Shown in pieces: positions 54,194 through 64,000 of a stretch of 64,000 nucleotides of DNA. Below the pieces are notes generated by a model that was given only the letters and a program-made list of their open reading frames with translations, searched no databases and was not told where the DNA came from. Location of the stretch: the NCBI RefSeq assembly GCF_056712565.1, contig NZ_CM160072.1. The stretch is one strand, 5' to 3'. Position 1 is the first letter of the stretch, and each line of letters starts with the position of its first letter. A program made the position numbers and the translations under genes.

Positions 54194-54254
54194 AACGTTT
54201 TACCTTACCTGGTTGAACCGTTGTTATTTTGGGCGATATGTTATGTAAATTGGT

Positions 54255-54368
54255 CAACCATTGTTGCGATGAATGTCACATCCTCTGATCAATAACCATC
54301 GATTACCCTTTGCTGCAATTTGCAGCAACAACCATGAGAGTGAAATTCTTGTGATGTGGTTAACCAAT
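54255..54368. promoter_or_regulatory. gntP-uxuA divergent control region with two TTGGT-N-ACCAA type palindromes (candidate UxuR/ExuR operators)
   Basis: AAATTGGTCAACCATTG (about 54257-54273) and GTGGTTAACCAATTT (about 54356-54370). Confidence 0.5.
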
Positions 54369-54532
54369 TTCAGAATTCGGGTTGACATGTCTTACCAAAA
54401 GGTAGAACTTATACGCCATCTCATCCGATGCAACGCCACGGCTGCGGTCTGGTTGTTCATCCGGATACCTAAACAACTCCAGGGTTCCGCGTCTCTTTGC
54501 TGTGGAACCCACTATGTGAAAGAGGAAAAATC

Positions 54533-55717
54533 ATGGAACAGACCTGGCGCTGGTACGGCCCAAACGATCCGGTTTCTTTAGCTGATGTCCGTCAGGCGGG
54601 CGCAACTGGCGTGGTTACCGCGCTGCACCATATCCCGAACGGCGAAGTATGGTCCGTTGAAGAGATCCTCAAACGCAAGGCGATCATTGAAGACGCAGGC
54701 CTGGTGTGGTCTGTCGTAGAAAGCGTGCCAATTCACGAAGATATCAAAACCCACACTGGCAACTATGAGCAGTGGATCGCTAACTATCAGCAGACTCTGC
54801 GCAACCTGGCGCAGTGTGGCATTCGCACCGTGTGCTACAACTTCATGCCGGTGCTCGACTGGACCCGTACTGACCTCGAATACGTGCTGCCAGACGGCTC
54901 CAAAGCTCTGCGCTTCGACCAGATCGAATTCGCTGCATTCGAAATGCATATCCTGAAACGCCCAGGCGCGGAAGCGGATTACACCGAAGAAGAAATTGCT
55001 CAGGCAGCTGAACGCTTCGCCACTATGAGCGATGAAGACAAAGCGCGTCTGACCCGTAACATCATTGCTGGTCTTCCGGGCGCGGAAGAAGGCTACACCC
55101 TCGACCAGTTCCGTAAACACCTGGAGCTGTACAAAGATATCGACAAAGCGAAGCTGCGCGAAAACTTTGCCGTCTTCCTGAAAGCGATTATTCCAGTTGC
55201 TGAAGAAGTCGGCGTGCGTATGGCTGTTCACCCGGACGATCCGCCGCGCCCGATCCTCGGCCTGCCGCGCATTGTTTCCACCATTGAAGATATGCAGTGG
55301 ATGGTTGATACCGTAAACAGCATGGCAAACGGTTTTACCATGTGCACCGGTTCCTACGGCGTGCGTGCTGACAACGATCTGGTTGATATGATCAAGCAGT
55401 TCGGTCCGCGTATTTACTTCACCCATCTGCGCTCCACCATGCGTGAAGATAACCCGAAAACCTTCCACGAAGCGGCGCACCTGAACGGTGACGTTGATAT
55501 GTACGAAGTGGTGAAAGCGATTGTTGAAGAAGAACACCGTCGTAAAGCGGAAGGCAAAGAAGACCTGATCCCGATGCGTCCGGACCACGGTCATCAGATG
55601 CTGGACGACCTGAAGAAGAAAACCAACCCAGGTTACTCCGCAATTGGTCGTCTGAAAGGCCTGGCCGAAGTTCGCGGTGTCGAACTGGCGATCCAGCGCG
55701 CTTTCTTTAGCCGTTAA
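54533..55717 (+). CDS. uxuA: D-mannonate dehydratase
   Basis: 394 aa from [28 protein letters not shown]... Confidence 0.95.
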   Translation: MEQTWRWYGPNDPVSLADVRQAGATGVVTALHHIPNGEVWSVEEILKRKAIIEDAGLVWSVVESVPIHEDIKTHTGNYEQWIANYQQTLRNLAQCGIRTVCYNFMPVLDWTRTDLEYVLPDGSKALRFDQIEFAAFEMHILKRPGAEADYTEEEIAQAAERFATMSDEDKARLTRNIIAGLPGAEEGYTLDQFRKHLELYKDIDKAKLRENFAVFLKAIIPVAEEVGVRMAVHPDDPPRPILGLPRIVSTIEDMQWMVDTVNSMANGFTMCTGSYGVRADNDLVDMIKQFGPRIYFTHLRSTMREDNPKTFHEAAHLNGDVDMYEVVKAIVEEEHRRKAEGKEDLIPMRPDHGHQMLDDLKKKTNPGYSAIGRLKGLAEVRGVELAIQRAFFSR

Positions 55718-55797
55718 TATCCACCGGCATGGCTGCGCGCCGTGCCGGTTCCTTCTTCCTTGCCGTCACTCTTTGAAGACGGATTCTGGAGTTTACG

Positions 55798-57258
55798 ATG
55801 ACTACTATTGTTGACAGCAATCTGCCGGTTGCCCGCCCGTCATGGGATCATTCTCGTCTGGAATCACGCATTGTGCATCTCGGTTGCGGGGCGTTTCACC
55901 GCGCGCACCAGGCGCTGTATACCCATCATCTGCTGGAAAGCACCGACAGCGACTGGGGCATCTGCGAAGTTAACCTGATGCCAGGCAACGACCGCGTGCT
56001 GATCGAAAACCTGAAAAAACAGCAACTGCTGTACACCGTAGCGGAAAAAGGCGCAGAGAGCACCGAGCTGAAAATTATCGGTTCGATGAAAGAAGCGCTG
56101 CATCCGGAAATCGATGGCTGCGAAGGTATTCTCAACGCGATGGCGCGTCCGCAAACGGCGATTGTCTCTCTAACGGTCACGGAAAAAGGCTACTGCGCTG
56201 ATGCGGCAAGCGGTCAACTGGATCTCAATAACCCGCTGATCAAGCACGATCTGGAAAACCCGACTGCGCCGAAGTCCGCGATTGGTTACATCGTCGAAGC
56301 GTTGCGTCTGCGTCGTGAAAAAGGGTTGAAAGCGTTTACGGTGATGTCCTGCGATAACGTGCGTGAAAACGGTCATGTGGCGAAGGTCGCGGTACTGGGG
56401 CTGGCTCAGGCGCGTGACCCGCAGCTGGCGGCATGGATTGAAGAAAATGTCACCTTCCCGTGCACCATGGTTGACCGCATCGTTCCGGCGGCGACGCCAG
56501 AAACCATACAGGAAATTGCTGACCAGCTGGGTGTTTACGACCCGTGCGCCATTGCCTGCGAACCGTTCCGTCAGTGGGTGATTGAAGATAACTTCGTTAA
56601 TGGTCGCCCGGATTGGGATAAAGTGGGCGCACAGTTCGTTGCAGACGTTGTGCCGTTCGAAATGATGAAGCTGCGTATGCTGAACGGCAGCCACTCTTTT
56701 CTGGCGTACCTCGGTTACCTCGGCGGCTATGAAACCATTGCCGACACCGTGACTAACCCGGCTTATCGCAAAGCGGCCTTTGCCCTGATGATGCAGGAAC
56801 AAGCGCCAACGCTGTCGATGCCGGAAGGTACAGACCTGAACGCCTATGCGACGCTGCTGATCGAGCGTTTCAGCAACCCGTCTCTGCGTCACCGTACCTG
56901 GCAGATTGCGATGGACGGCAGCCAGAAGTTACCGCAGCGTCTGCTGGACCCGGTGCGTCTGCACCTGCAAAACGGCGGCAGCTGGCGTCACCTGGCGCTG
57001 GGCGTGGCTGGCTGGATGCGTTACACCCAGGGCGTGGATGAGCAGGGTAATGCCATTGACGTGGTCGACCCGATGCTGGCGGAGTTCCAGAAGATCAACG
57101 CGCAGTATCAGGGCGCAGACCGCGTGAAAGCGCTGCTGGGCCTGAGCGGTATTTTTGCCGATGATCTGCCGCAGAATGCCGACTTTGTTGGCGCAGTGAC
57201 GGCGGCATATCAGCAGCTGTGCGAACGCGGTGCGCGCGAGTGTGTGGCTGCGCTGTAA
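55798..57258 (+). CDS. uxuB: D-mannonate oxidoreductase (fructuronate reductase)
   Basis: 486-aa ORF, mannitol dehydrogenase family. Confidence 0.95.
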   Translation: MTTIVDSNLPVARPSWDHSRLESRIVHLGCGAFHRAHQALYTHHLLESTDSDWGICEVNLMPGNDRVLIENLKKQQLLYTVAEKGAESTELKIIGSMKEALHPEIDGCEGILNAMARPQTAIVSLTVTEKGYCADAASGQLDLNNPLIKHDLENPTAPKSAIGYIVEALRLRREKGLKAFTVMSCDNVRENGHVAKVAVLGLAQARDPQLAAWIEENVTFPCTMVDRIVPAATPETIQEIADQLGVYDPCAIACEPFRQWVIEDNFVNGRPDWDKVGAQFVADVVPFEMMKLRMLNGSHSFLAYLGYLGGYETIADTVTNPAYRKAAFALMMQEQAPTLSMPEGTDLNAYATLLIERFSNPSLRHRTWQIAMDGSQKLPQRLLDPVRLHLQNGGSWRHLALGVAGWMRYTQGVDEQGNAIDVVDPMLAEFQKINAQYQGADRVKALLGLSGIFADDLPQNADFVGAVTAAYQQLCERGARECVAAL

Positions 57259-57282
57259 CTAACTGATTACCCTACAGACTTA

Positions 57283-57327
57283 CTGGTCAATCAAACTGAT
57301 ATTTGGTTGACCAGTTTTCGTTTTTTT
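57283..57327 (+). terminator. Rho-independent terminator of uxuAB
   Basis: CTGGTCAA-loop-TTGACCAG followed by TTTTCGTTTTTTT. Confidence 0.75.
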
Positions 57328-57395
57328 GCCCACCTGTACGTGCCAACTTCCAGTGCTAATGGTATAGTTTGATATTAACGGGGGCCGTAAAATTG

Positions 57396-57440
57396 CCCGT
57401 TGTAGGCCGGATAAGGCGTTCACGCCGCATCCGGCAAAAA
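57396..57440. repeat. REP element
   Basis: GCCCGTTGTAGGCCGGATAAGGCGTTCACGCCGCATCCGGCA. Confidence 0.7.
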
Positions 57441-57472
57441 TTTGATTAACCGCACCTAACGGACACAACACC

Positions 57473-58246
57473 ATGAAATCTGCCACCTCTGCGCAAAGAC
57501 CTTACCAGGAAGTCGGGGCGATGATCCGCGATCTGATCATAAAGACGCCGTACAATCCTGGCGAACGGCTGCCGCCGGAGCGTGAAATTGCAGAAATGCT
57601 TGATGTCACGCGGACGGTGGTACGTGAAGCGCTGATCATGCTGGAGATCAAAGGGCTGGTGGAAGTACGCCGGGGTGCCGGTATCTATGTTCTTGATAAC
57701 TCAGGCAGCCAGAACACAGACAGTCCGGATGCCAACGTCTGCAACGATGCCGGTCCTTTTGAGCTGTTACAGGCGCGGCAGTTATTGGAGAGCAACATCG
57801 CCGAGTTTGCCGCTTTGCAGGCTACCCGCGAAGATATCGTCAAAATGCGTCAGGCATTGCAACTGGAAGAGCGTGAACTGGCTTCCAGTGCGCCGGGCAG
57901 CAGCGAAAGCGGTGACATGCAGTTCCATCTCGCTATTGCCGAAGCAACGCATAACAGCATGCTGGTGGAGCTGTTCCGTCAGTCCTGGCAGTGGCGGGAA
58001 AACAATCCAATGTGGATCCAGTTGCACAGCCATCTGGATGACAGCCTGTATCGCAAAGAGTGGTTGGGCGATCACAAACAGATCCTCGCCGCGTTAATCA
58101 AAAAAGATGCCCGAGCGGCGAAGCTGGCAATGTGGCAGCATCTGGAAAACGTTAAGCAACGTCTGCTGGAATTCTCGAACGTTGACGATATTTATTTTGA
58201 TGGCTATCTGTTTGATTCATGGCCGCTGGATAAAGTCGACGCCTGA
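57473..58246 (+). CDS. uxuR: GntR/FadR-family regulator of hexuronate utilisation
   Basis: 257-aa ORF with N-terminal GntR HTH. Confidence 0.9.
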   Translation: MKSATSAQRPYQEVGAMIRDLIIKTPYNPGERLPPEREIAEMLDVTRTVVREALIMLEIKGLVEVRRGAGIYVLDNSGSQNTDSPDANVCNDAGPFELLQARQLLESNIAEFAALQATREDIVKMRQALQLEERELASSAPGSSESGDMQFHLAIAEATHNSMLVELFRQSWQWRENNPMWIQLHSHLDDSLYRKEWLGDHKQILAALIKKDARAAKLAMWQHLENVKQRLLEFSNVDDIYFDGYLFDSWPLDKVDA

Positions 58247-58257
58247 CTTATTATAAT

Positions 58258-58286
58258 AAGCGCAAGGGTAAACGTTCCTTGCGCTT
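58258..58286. terminator. Hairpin between convergent uxuR and yjiC
   Basis: AAGCGCAAGG-GTAAACGTT-CCTTGCGCTT. Confidence 0.6.
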
Positions 58287-58386
58287 TCTTAAATTAAGAA
58301 GTCGCAATGAGTATTACTTTGTAAATTGCAGGGTATTGTTTAGCTATCTGTATAACCTGAATGTTAGTACTCATTCTTCCTGGTAG

Positions 58387-59217
58387 TTATTTACCAATAT
58401 AATTCCATTCACCATTTTTTAATTCAAACAGTTCTGGAAGAGATGACGGTTGCAGAGTCATACGTTTGAGTGGTGCATTTTCATCACCCGGGATAACTTT
58501 ATATCCCATTTTTGCATGGATCTCCGCGGTACCGGGATAGGCTTCTATACCAATTATTGGGTCATTACCCAACTCAATATTAGCATTAAGTAATGCGGCA
58601 AGGGCGAATCCGGAAGAATTTGCTACCCCTGTTACCGTCATTATCTGATCAATATAGATATCAATCCTTGGCTGCTCATTGGTCCATCTTTTTGCCTGAG
58701 AAGCTGGAAGGGTTGAAATATATCCTATCGTGGTTCCGGCATAACCAGGAACATTGCAACCAGGGCCTAATGTTATTTCATGAACTGTATAGTCCTCAAC
58801 AGGATCGAAAGGGCTCTTCATAAATAAATTTAGCCGTAAACCTTCTGCTAACTCTGTGGTAGCATGCGCCTTTTTACATATGCCACCATATATTTCGTCT
58901 AAAGCTGAGGTGATTTTCAAGTTCCGATAGAGCATACGTCCTGTTGTTGTAATACCATCGGATTCTCTGCATGCTCCTGTCACATAATTAAATGGCCAAG
59001 GCTCTTTACTAATATCAAGTTTTCTAATTTCGACAACGCTTTTTCCATCGTAATTATGGTTATTGCCACGAGTAAGAGGCGGAAGATAGATGTTTTCCGA
59101 ATCCATGCGTGCATATTTTAATTTACGTGTAAACTCACTGTCGACTATTGGGTGATGAAGGAAGTGAGCATCTGTAATAATTTGACTCTGAAGGGCATTG
59201 CTTAATGGCATAGACAT
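58387..59217 (-). CDS. yjiC: Uncharacterised protein YjiC-like
   Basis: 276-aa ORF; synteny after uxuR. Confidence 0.65.
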   Translation of the reverse strand: MSMPLSNALQSQIITDAHFLHHPIVDSEFTRKLKYARMDSENIYLPPLTRGNNHNYDGKSVVEIRKLDISKEPWPFNYVTGACRESDGITTTGRMLYRNLKITSALDEIYGGICKKAHATTELAEGLRLNLFMKSPFDPVEDYTVHEITLGPGCNVPGYAGTTIGYISTLPASQAKRWTNEQPRIDIYIDQIMTVTGVANSSGFALAALLNANIELGNDPIIGIEAYPGTAEIHAKMGYKVIPGDENAPLKRMTLQPSSLPELFELKNGEWNYIGK

Positions 59218-59890
59218 AATAGTTACCTTTTATGAGTATTTCACTGATGTTTAGAAAAATAGATAAATTTTTCTGTAGTAAAAAGAGAAGTAAACAAATG
59301 ACATGCATGTTTCTGTTGTAGTGATATCAACTCTACACGGTGATATTAAAGGGTAGGAAACACTCTAAAGTATCAAAAAAACGCTCATTTAAAATTATTT
59401 GCATGCAATTTAAAAGCATATCTTATTACTAATTGGAATTTGATGTTGCTATATTGAGGTCTATATTAATAATGCCTGTGAATGGTATTTTTGATGTATT
59501 TGATATGTTATCAATTTATATTATTTACAAACTAATTGTTTCAAATAATACATGGCTGATTATGCGGAAATAAATAATTTCCCACCGGAATTAAGTAGCA
59601 GCGGTGACAAGTATTTTCATCTACGTAACTATTCGGAATATTCAGAATATACTAGCGGTTTTTTTTTGAGTTTGATGATTTTTATCAAATCATGACTTTT
59701 TTCCTGAAAAGTCAGTAGATATTCATAGGCAAGTAAGGTTTTATACTTTGCTGACAGGATTCAGGCCTGTCTCAGACTGACATGGATGTAATGAACAAAA
59801 GGGAATGGCTATGGAAAATGAGCATCAATACAGTGGTGCCCGGTGTTCAGGGCAAGCCGCATATGTTGCTAAACGTCAGGAGTGCGCAAA

Positions 59891-60283
59891 ATGATGCGAC
59901 AATCACTTCAGGCTGTTTTACCTGAAATTTCAGGCAATAAAACGTCATCGCTGCGTAAATCGGTATGCAGCGATCTCCTCACTCTTTTTAATTCTCCTCA
60001 TTCGGCATTACCGTCATTACTTGTTTCAGGCATGCCCGAGTGGCAAGTGCATAACCCGAGCGACAAACATCTCCAGAGCTGGTATTGCCGTCAGCTGCGT
60101 TCTGCACTGTTATTTCATGAGCCACGGATTGCGGCGTTGCAGGTTAATTTGAAAGAAGCGTACTGCCACACTCTGGCGATCAGCCTTGAGATAATGCTGT
60201 ACCACGACGATGAACCGCTAACGTTTGATCTGGTCTGGGATAATGGCGGTTGGCGCAGTGCGACGCTGGAGAATGTCAGCTAA
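59891..60283 (+). CDS. iraD: Anti-adaptor protein IraD (RssB inhibitor)
   Basis: 130 aa from [17 protein letters not shown]...; ORF-track start 59882 is an upstream extension. Confidence 0.8.
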   Translation: MMRQSLQAVLPEISGNKTSSLRKSVCSDLLTLFNSPHSALPSLLVSGMPEWQVHNPSDKHLQSWYCRQLRSALLFHEPRIAALQVNLKEAYCHTLAISLEIMLYHDDEPLTFDLVWDNGGWRSATLENVS

Positions 60284-61187
60284 GCACAATCTCCAGCTCG
60301 CGCAGTTCACGCCAGAAGCGTTCGGCAACGGGATTCATGCGGGTATTCATCCGGTATGCATAGGCCTGAATCGGGATCACCAGTTCGTCCCGATTCAGTA
60401 CAACGAGCTTCCCGCTGCGAATTTCTTGTTGGATGGCGTACTCCGGCAGCCAGGCAATCCCACAGCCGTCGAGGGCAACCTGCTTTAAAAGCTCGCTCAT
60501 CGAAGAGACAAAAAAGGTGCTGAAACTTAACTCACTGTGGCGCGTCAGGGTGCGATTAATCAATCGCCCCATGTAGGAGTTGCGGCTGTAATTCAGTAAC
60601 GGAAAGTGTGGCTGCGCGAGGTTAAAAAGTGCTTCTCCGTGTTCGTCACTGGCGCAGACAGGGAACAATTGAGATTCAAATAAGCGAATGTGGTCAAACG
60701 GCGCTTCCAGCAAATCTTCGTCGTGAAAGGAAAAAATACAGTCACTTTGCCCTTCACGCAGTTTATCGACCGCTTCATCGACATCAATAGCTTCAATTGC
60801 CCAGGTAAAGAGCGGTGGCATCTGGCTGATAATGGACGGTAACAGCCCGAGGGAAAGAGAGTGTGCAGCGGCTATCTTGATTTTTCGTTGCGCGTAATCG
60901 CTGCCGCCACGCAGCTCTGCCAGATTGCTCTCTAACTGTTGCAACAGATGGCGGATCTGCGAATGGAAGATTTTCCCTTGTTCTGAGAGTTGCAGCGGCG
61001 TTACCTGGCGGTTAAACAATTCAACACCAATCGCCTGTTCCAGCGCACGGATGCGGCGGCTGAATGCCGGTTGCGAGACGTTGCGACTGACTGCCGCCTG
61101 GGAAAAATTGCGGCATTTTTCCAGGGTCAGAAAATCATAAAGCCATTTGGTTTCAATATTATGCAAAATCGCACCACAGTCATCCAT
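60276..61187 (-). CDS. hypT: LysR-family transcriptional regulator (hypochlorite-responsive HypT-like)
   Basis: 303-aa ORF with N-terminal LysR HTH. Confidence 0.8.
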   Translation of the reverse strand: MDDCGAILHNIETKWLYDFLTLEKCRNFSQAAVSRNVSQPAFSRRIRALEQAIGVELFNRQVTPLQLSEQGKIFHSQIRHLLQQLESNLAELRGGSDYAQRKIKIAAAHSLSLGLLPSIISQMPPLFTWAIEAIDVDEAVDKLREGQSDCIFSFHDEDLLEAPFDHIRLFESQLFPVCASDEHGEALFNLAQPHFPLLNYSRNSYMGRLINRTLTRHSELSFSTFFVSSMSELLKQVALDGCGIAWLPEYAIQQEIRSGKLVVLNRDELVIPIQAYAYRMNTRMNPVAERFWRELRELEIVLS

Positions 61188-61251
61188 TACGTTTTACTCT
61201 GTCAGCCGCCCTTGCGGGCATTCTACGTCCATTCGGGCGGCTGACAACCGT

Positions 61252-62424
61252 TTAAGCCGTTTCAAACGTTCCTTTCACGCAGGCTTTGCCGTCTTTGACC
61301 ATCAGTTTGCCGCGAGCGTATACCTGCTCAATGCGCAGTTCTGGCGTCATGACCAGCAAGTCAGCATCATTGCCTGGCAGAATTTCGCCTTTCCCGGTCA
61401 GGTTAAGGAAACCGGCTACGCTACTGGTGAGCGGGCGCAGGGCATCGCTGATACTGAAATCATAGTCTTTGACCAGCACCTGCACGGTTTCCAGCAACGT
61501 TTCAAAACCGGCAACACCGATATGGGTTAAATTCCCTTCGTCATCGAAGAACGGCTGGCTACCGTTGCCGTCGGAGCTGAGGGTGACGCGTGCCAGCGGA
61601 ATACCCGCCTGAACGGCGCGGGCAATACCTTCGGCAGGGGCGACCGGTTCGTCAATGCTGCTGGTGATATCGATGGTGCCGCCTTTGCGCGCGAACTCCA
61701 GCGCCTGCTCAAACAACGGTACGTTGCGGTTAACGTGGGTCGGCAGCAGCTTGCTGATCGGCACATCGCAGTTTTCCAGCAGGTCATAAATAGGCTGTAA
61801 CGCCTTTTTACTGTCGCCCATGTGGAACACGGTGACGCCAGGTTTACCGCCGAGCAAACCGCCAACGCGGGATTCTGCCGCCATATTGGCCAGGTGATAA
61901 ACGTCCGGTGCGGCAGAACGGTGATCAGAGATGGCGCATTTCACGCCAATCACACGATCGATAATCGCCACGTCTTTTTCCACGGAACCCGTAATGGTGC
62001 GGGAAGGGACATGATAAGCGCCGGTCAGCATCCAGGCGCTGATGCCTTCTTCATTGAGCGCACGGGTCTTGGCGAGCAGGGATTCCGGGTGGCGAGAGAT
62101 AGAGTCGGTGCCCAGCAGACCAACCACTGACGTGACGCCCGCTTCCGTCAGGCGACTTAGCGCCACTTCCGGCGTGCGCGTCGTGGGACCTGCTTCGCCG
62201 CCACCGCCAATCAAATGGACGTGTTGATCAATAAAACCTGGGCAGAGGATCTGCCCACTGAGATCGACAACCGTGCAGTTCGGTACAATGTCAGAAGGGA
62301 TATTGCTGGCAACGGCGATAATTTTGCCGTTAGCGACGAGGACATCGCAAATTCCCCGATCTTCCGGCGCATACAAATGCGCTCCCTGCAGCAGGGTAAA
62401 ACCGGCTGCGGTATAATCAATCAT
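61252..62424 (-). CDS. iadA: Isoaspartyl dipeptidase (amidohydrolase superfamily)
   Basis: 390-aa ORF with metal-binding HxH motif. Confidence 0.85.
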   Translation of the reverse strand: MIDYTAAGFTLLQGAHLYAPEDRGICDVLVANGKIIAVASNIPSDIVPNCTVVDLSGQILCPGFIDQHVHLIGGGGEAGPTTRTPEVALSRLTEAGVTSVVGLLGTDSISRHPESLLAKTRALNEEGISAWMLTGAYHVPSRTITGSVEKDVAIIDRVIGVKCAISDHRSAAPDVYHLANMAAESRVGGLLGGKPGVTVFHMGDSKKALQPIYDLLENCDVPISKLLPTHVNRNVPLFEQALEFARKGGTIDITSSIDEPVAPAEGIARAVQAGIPLARVTLSSDGNGSQPFFDDEGNLTHIGVAGFETLLETVQVLVKDYDFSISDALRPLTSSVAGFLNLTGKGEILPGNDADLLVMTPELRIEQVYARGKLMVKDGKACVKGTFETA

Positions 62425-62436
62425 GGTAACTCCTTG

Positions 62437-62898
62437 TTAAACAATAAGCTGCATAACCCAGATCGACAGCAATGCGTTAATCACGCAGACCGTAATGATA
62501 TGCGGGTAATATTTGGCATTCACTTCGGCTGTCCCCAGGCAGCGACCGACATTTTGCACCGGGTTGCCCATTAAATACATCGCGGGCAGTAAAACGGTGA
62601 CATCGTGACCGGTTAATGCGCCAGCGGTTGCCAGACTGGCGGCAACACCGACTGCGCCACCCATACTCATTAATGCGGCTAAAAGGACGGTTGCCGCTTC
62701 ACCGGGTAATCCCCACAGCGCCATTACGGGTTCACAGATATGCCCCACCCAGTCGAGCAGGCCGGTAATTTTCAGCGCCTGAATGATGACAAACGCCATC
62801 ACCACGTTTGGCAGCAGGTTGGTCGTGGCGATAGTAAAGCCACGGCGCGCGCCATCGATAAACATATCCATGACGTTTTTGCGGACCTGAGTTGTCAT
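62437..62898 (-). CDS. yjiG: Inner-membrane protein YjiG (SpmB-like)
   Basis: 153-aa membrane ORF overlapping yjiH by 4 bp. Confidence 0.8.
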   Translation of the reverse strand: MTTQVRKNVMDMFIDGARRGFTIATTNLLPNVVMAFVIIQALKITGLLDWVGHICEPVMALWGLPGEAATVLLAALMSMGGAVGVAASLATAGALTGHDVTVLLPAMYLMGNPVQNVGRCLGTAEVNAKYYPHIITVCVINALLSIWVMQLIV

Positions 62899-63590
62899 GC
62901 TTGCGCTCCTTGCGTTGGGTTGCGACGTTCTTCGAAGTTAAGCCAGACGCGCAAAATGTTGGCTCCGACAAATTTAAACACCAGGATGACGGCTAAAGGT
63001 ACGATTACGGACGTGCCCAGAAAGGCAAACACCGCGACGCCGGAAGAGAAGTAGTTGGTGATGATGGCGCTACCGCTGGTTTGATATGCGGCGAAAATCA
63101 CTTTATCGCGTTCGGTAATTTCACCTTCCTGCGCCAGCTCTTTGGTCATACCGGCGGCGGCATCGGTGTTTTGCAGGTTAGCGATCAGCGCCAGCGAGCA
63201 GATCCCTGGAATGCCCAACAACGGTTTTAGCACAGGTGTCATTAACTGCTGCGCGGCGCGTAATCCACCAAGACCATCGGTAATTGAAATAATCCCCAGA
63301 GAGAGAATGACTGACGGTGCCAGCTCCAGCGCAAAGAGAAAGCCATCTTTAGCCCCCGCGCCACCCGCGCCGCGAAATGAGGTGGTGGCTCCGTTCGCAC
63401 CAGGCAGTTGCCCAAACGATCCGTTCAGAACGGAAAAATCAAAAACGCGCCACCAGCTGTCTGTTCCGGAAAAAACACCGGAAAAAAAGATTATGGTGAG
63501 AAAAAAGGCCAGATACCCTTTAATGCCCACTTTTTCTGTCGCCAGCTCCCCGGCTACAGCATCCCCTTGTTGTGTCATAACAATCCCCAT
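62895..63590 (-). CDS. yjiH: Inner-membrane protein YjiH (SpmA-like nucleoside-recognition domain)
   Basis: 231-aa membrane ORF. Confidence 0.8.
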   Translation of the reverse strand: MGIVMTQQGDAVAGELATEKVGIKGYLAFFLTIIFFSGVFSGTDSWWRVFDFSVLNGSFGQLPGANGATTSFRGAGGAGAKDGFLFALELAPSVILSLGIISITDGLGGLRAAQQLMTPVLKPLLGIPGICSLALIANLQNTDAAAGMTKELAQEGEITERDKVIFAAYQTSGSAIITNYFSSGVAVFAFLGTSVIVPLAVILVFKFVGANILRVWLNFEERRNPTQGAQA

Positions 63591-63827
63591 TGTTTTTTTG
63601 TGTTTGTGTGTTGCTTGAGCCAGGAAAATTCCTGGAACTGAAAAACCTTATCAGCCATGTGGGTATGGGGAAAATGCAAGTATGTTTCTGGCTATGCGTT
63701 TTTTGCATAGCGGAAAAATTACGCTGTGTGGAAAAGGCTCTGCGCAGGATTGAGTTGCAGAAAATTCATAAACCAAGTGACAATGACATCAGTAAATAAA
63801 AACAGAAAATCCAGGGACGAAAACGAG

Positions 63828-64000
63828 ATGGCAAAGTACAACGAAAAAGAGCTGGCGGATACGAGCAAGTTTTTAAGTTTTGTCCTCCGACACAAACCGG
63901 AGGCGATTGGTATCGTACTGGACCGTGAAGGATGGGCGGATATCGATAAGCTCATACTTTGTGCCCAAAAAGCGGGCAAGCGGTTAACCCGTGCATTGCT
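63828..64000 (+). CDS. kptA: RNA 2'-phosphotransferase KptA (5' partial; runs off the window)
   Basis: [42 protein letters not shown]... Confidence 0.8.
   Translation, partial: MAKYNEKELADTSKFLSFVLRHKPEAIGIVLDREGWADIDKLILCAQKAGKRLTRAL

Noticed and set aside
54578-56892. Minus-strand ORFs of 338 and 240 aa inside uxuA and uxuB
   Set aside because: Antisense to highly conserved metabolic genes with clear homology on the plus strand
1-64000. CRISPR arrays, tRNA or rRNA genes
   Set aside because: No regular repeat-spacer periodicity and no cloverleaf-like conserved tRNA or rRNA sequence recognised; the repeats present are IS ends, REP elements and the fimS inverted repeats

Overview
This window reads as an Escherichia coli chromosomal segment from the leuX-proximal KpLE2-like accessory region through the type 1 fimbrial operon to the uxu/yji genes; gene names are assigned from recalled protein similarity and synteny, not from a search. 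The first ~17 kb is mobile-element rich: an iso-IS1 whose insB carries a stop, IS3-family end remnants, a truncated IS66 transposase, and an integrase-less CP4-44-like island (alpA, gp2-like, yfjI-like, yeeP-like GTPase, Ag43/flu with its triple-GATC switch region, DUF932, antirestriction, radC-like, yeeT-like, cbeA antitoxin, truncated cbtA). Next comes an MtnK/MtnA/class II aldolase/permease cluster (a likely DHAP-shunt salvage operon) beside the SorC-family regulator yjhU, then yjhF-yjhIHG, the sgc PTS operon, yjhPQ-topAI, yjhR, nanSMC, fimBE-fimS-fimAICDFGH, gntP, uxuAB-uxuR, yjiC, iraD, hypT, iadA, yjiGH and the start of kptA. The most notable observations are a fim invertible switch in the promoter-toward-fimA (ON) orientation bounded by perfect 36-bp inverted repeats instead of the described 9-bp ones, a second triple-GATC cluster with agn43-like spacing upstream of the mtnK-like operon, a homopolymer frameshift in topAI, and an orphaned cbeA antitoxin. 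No CRISPR array, tRNA or rRNA gene was recognised.
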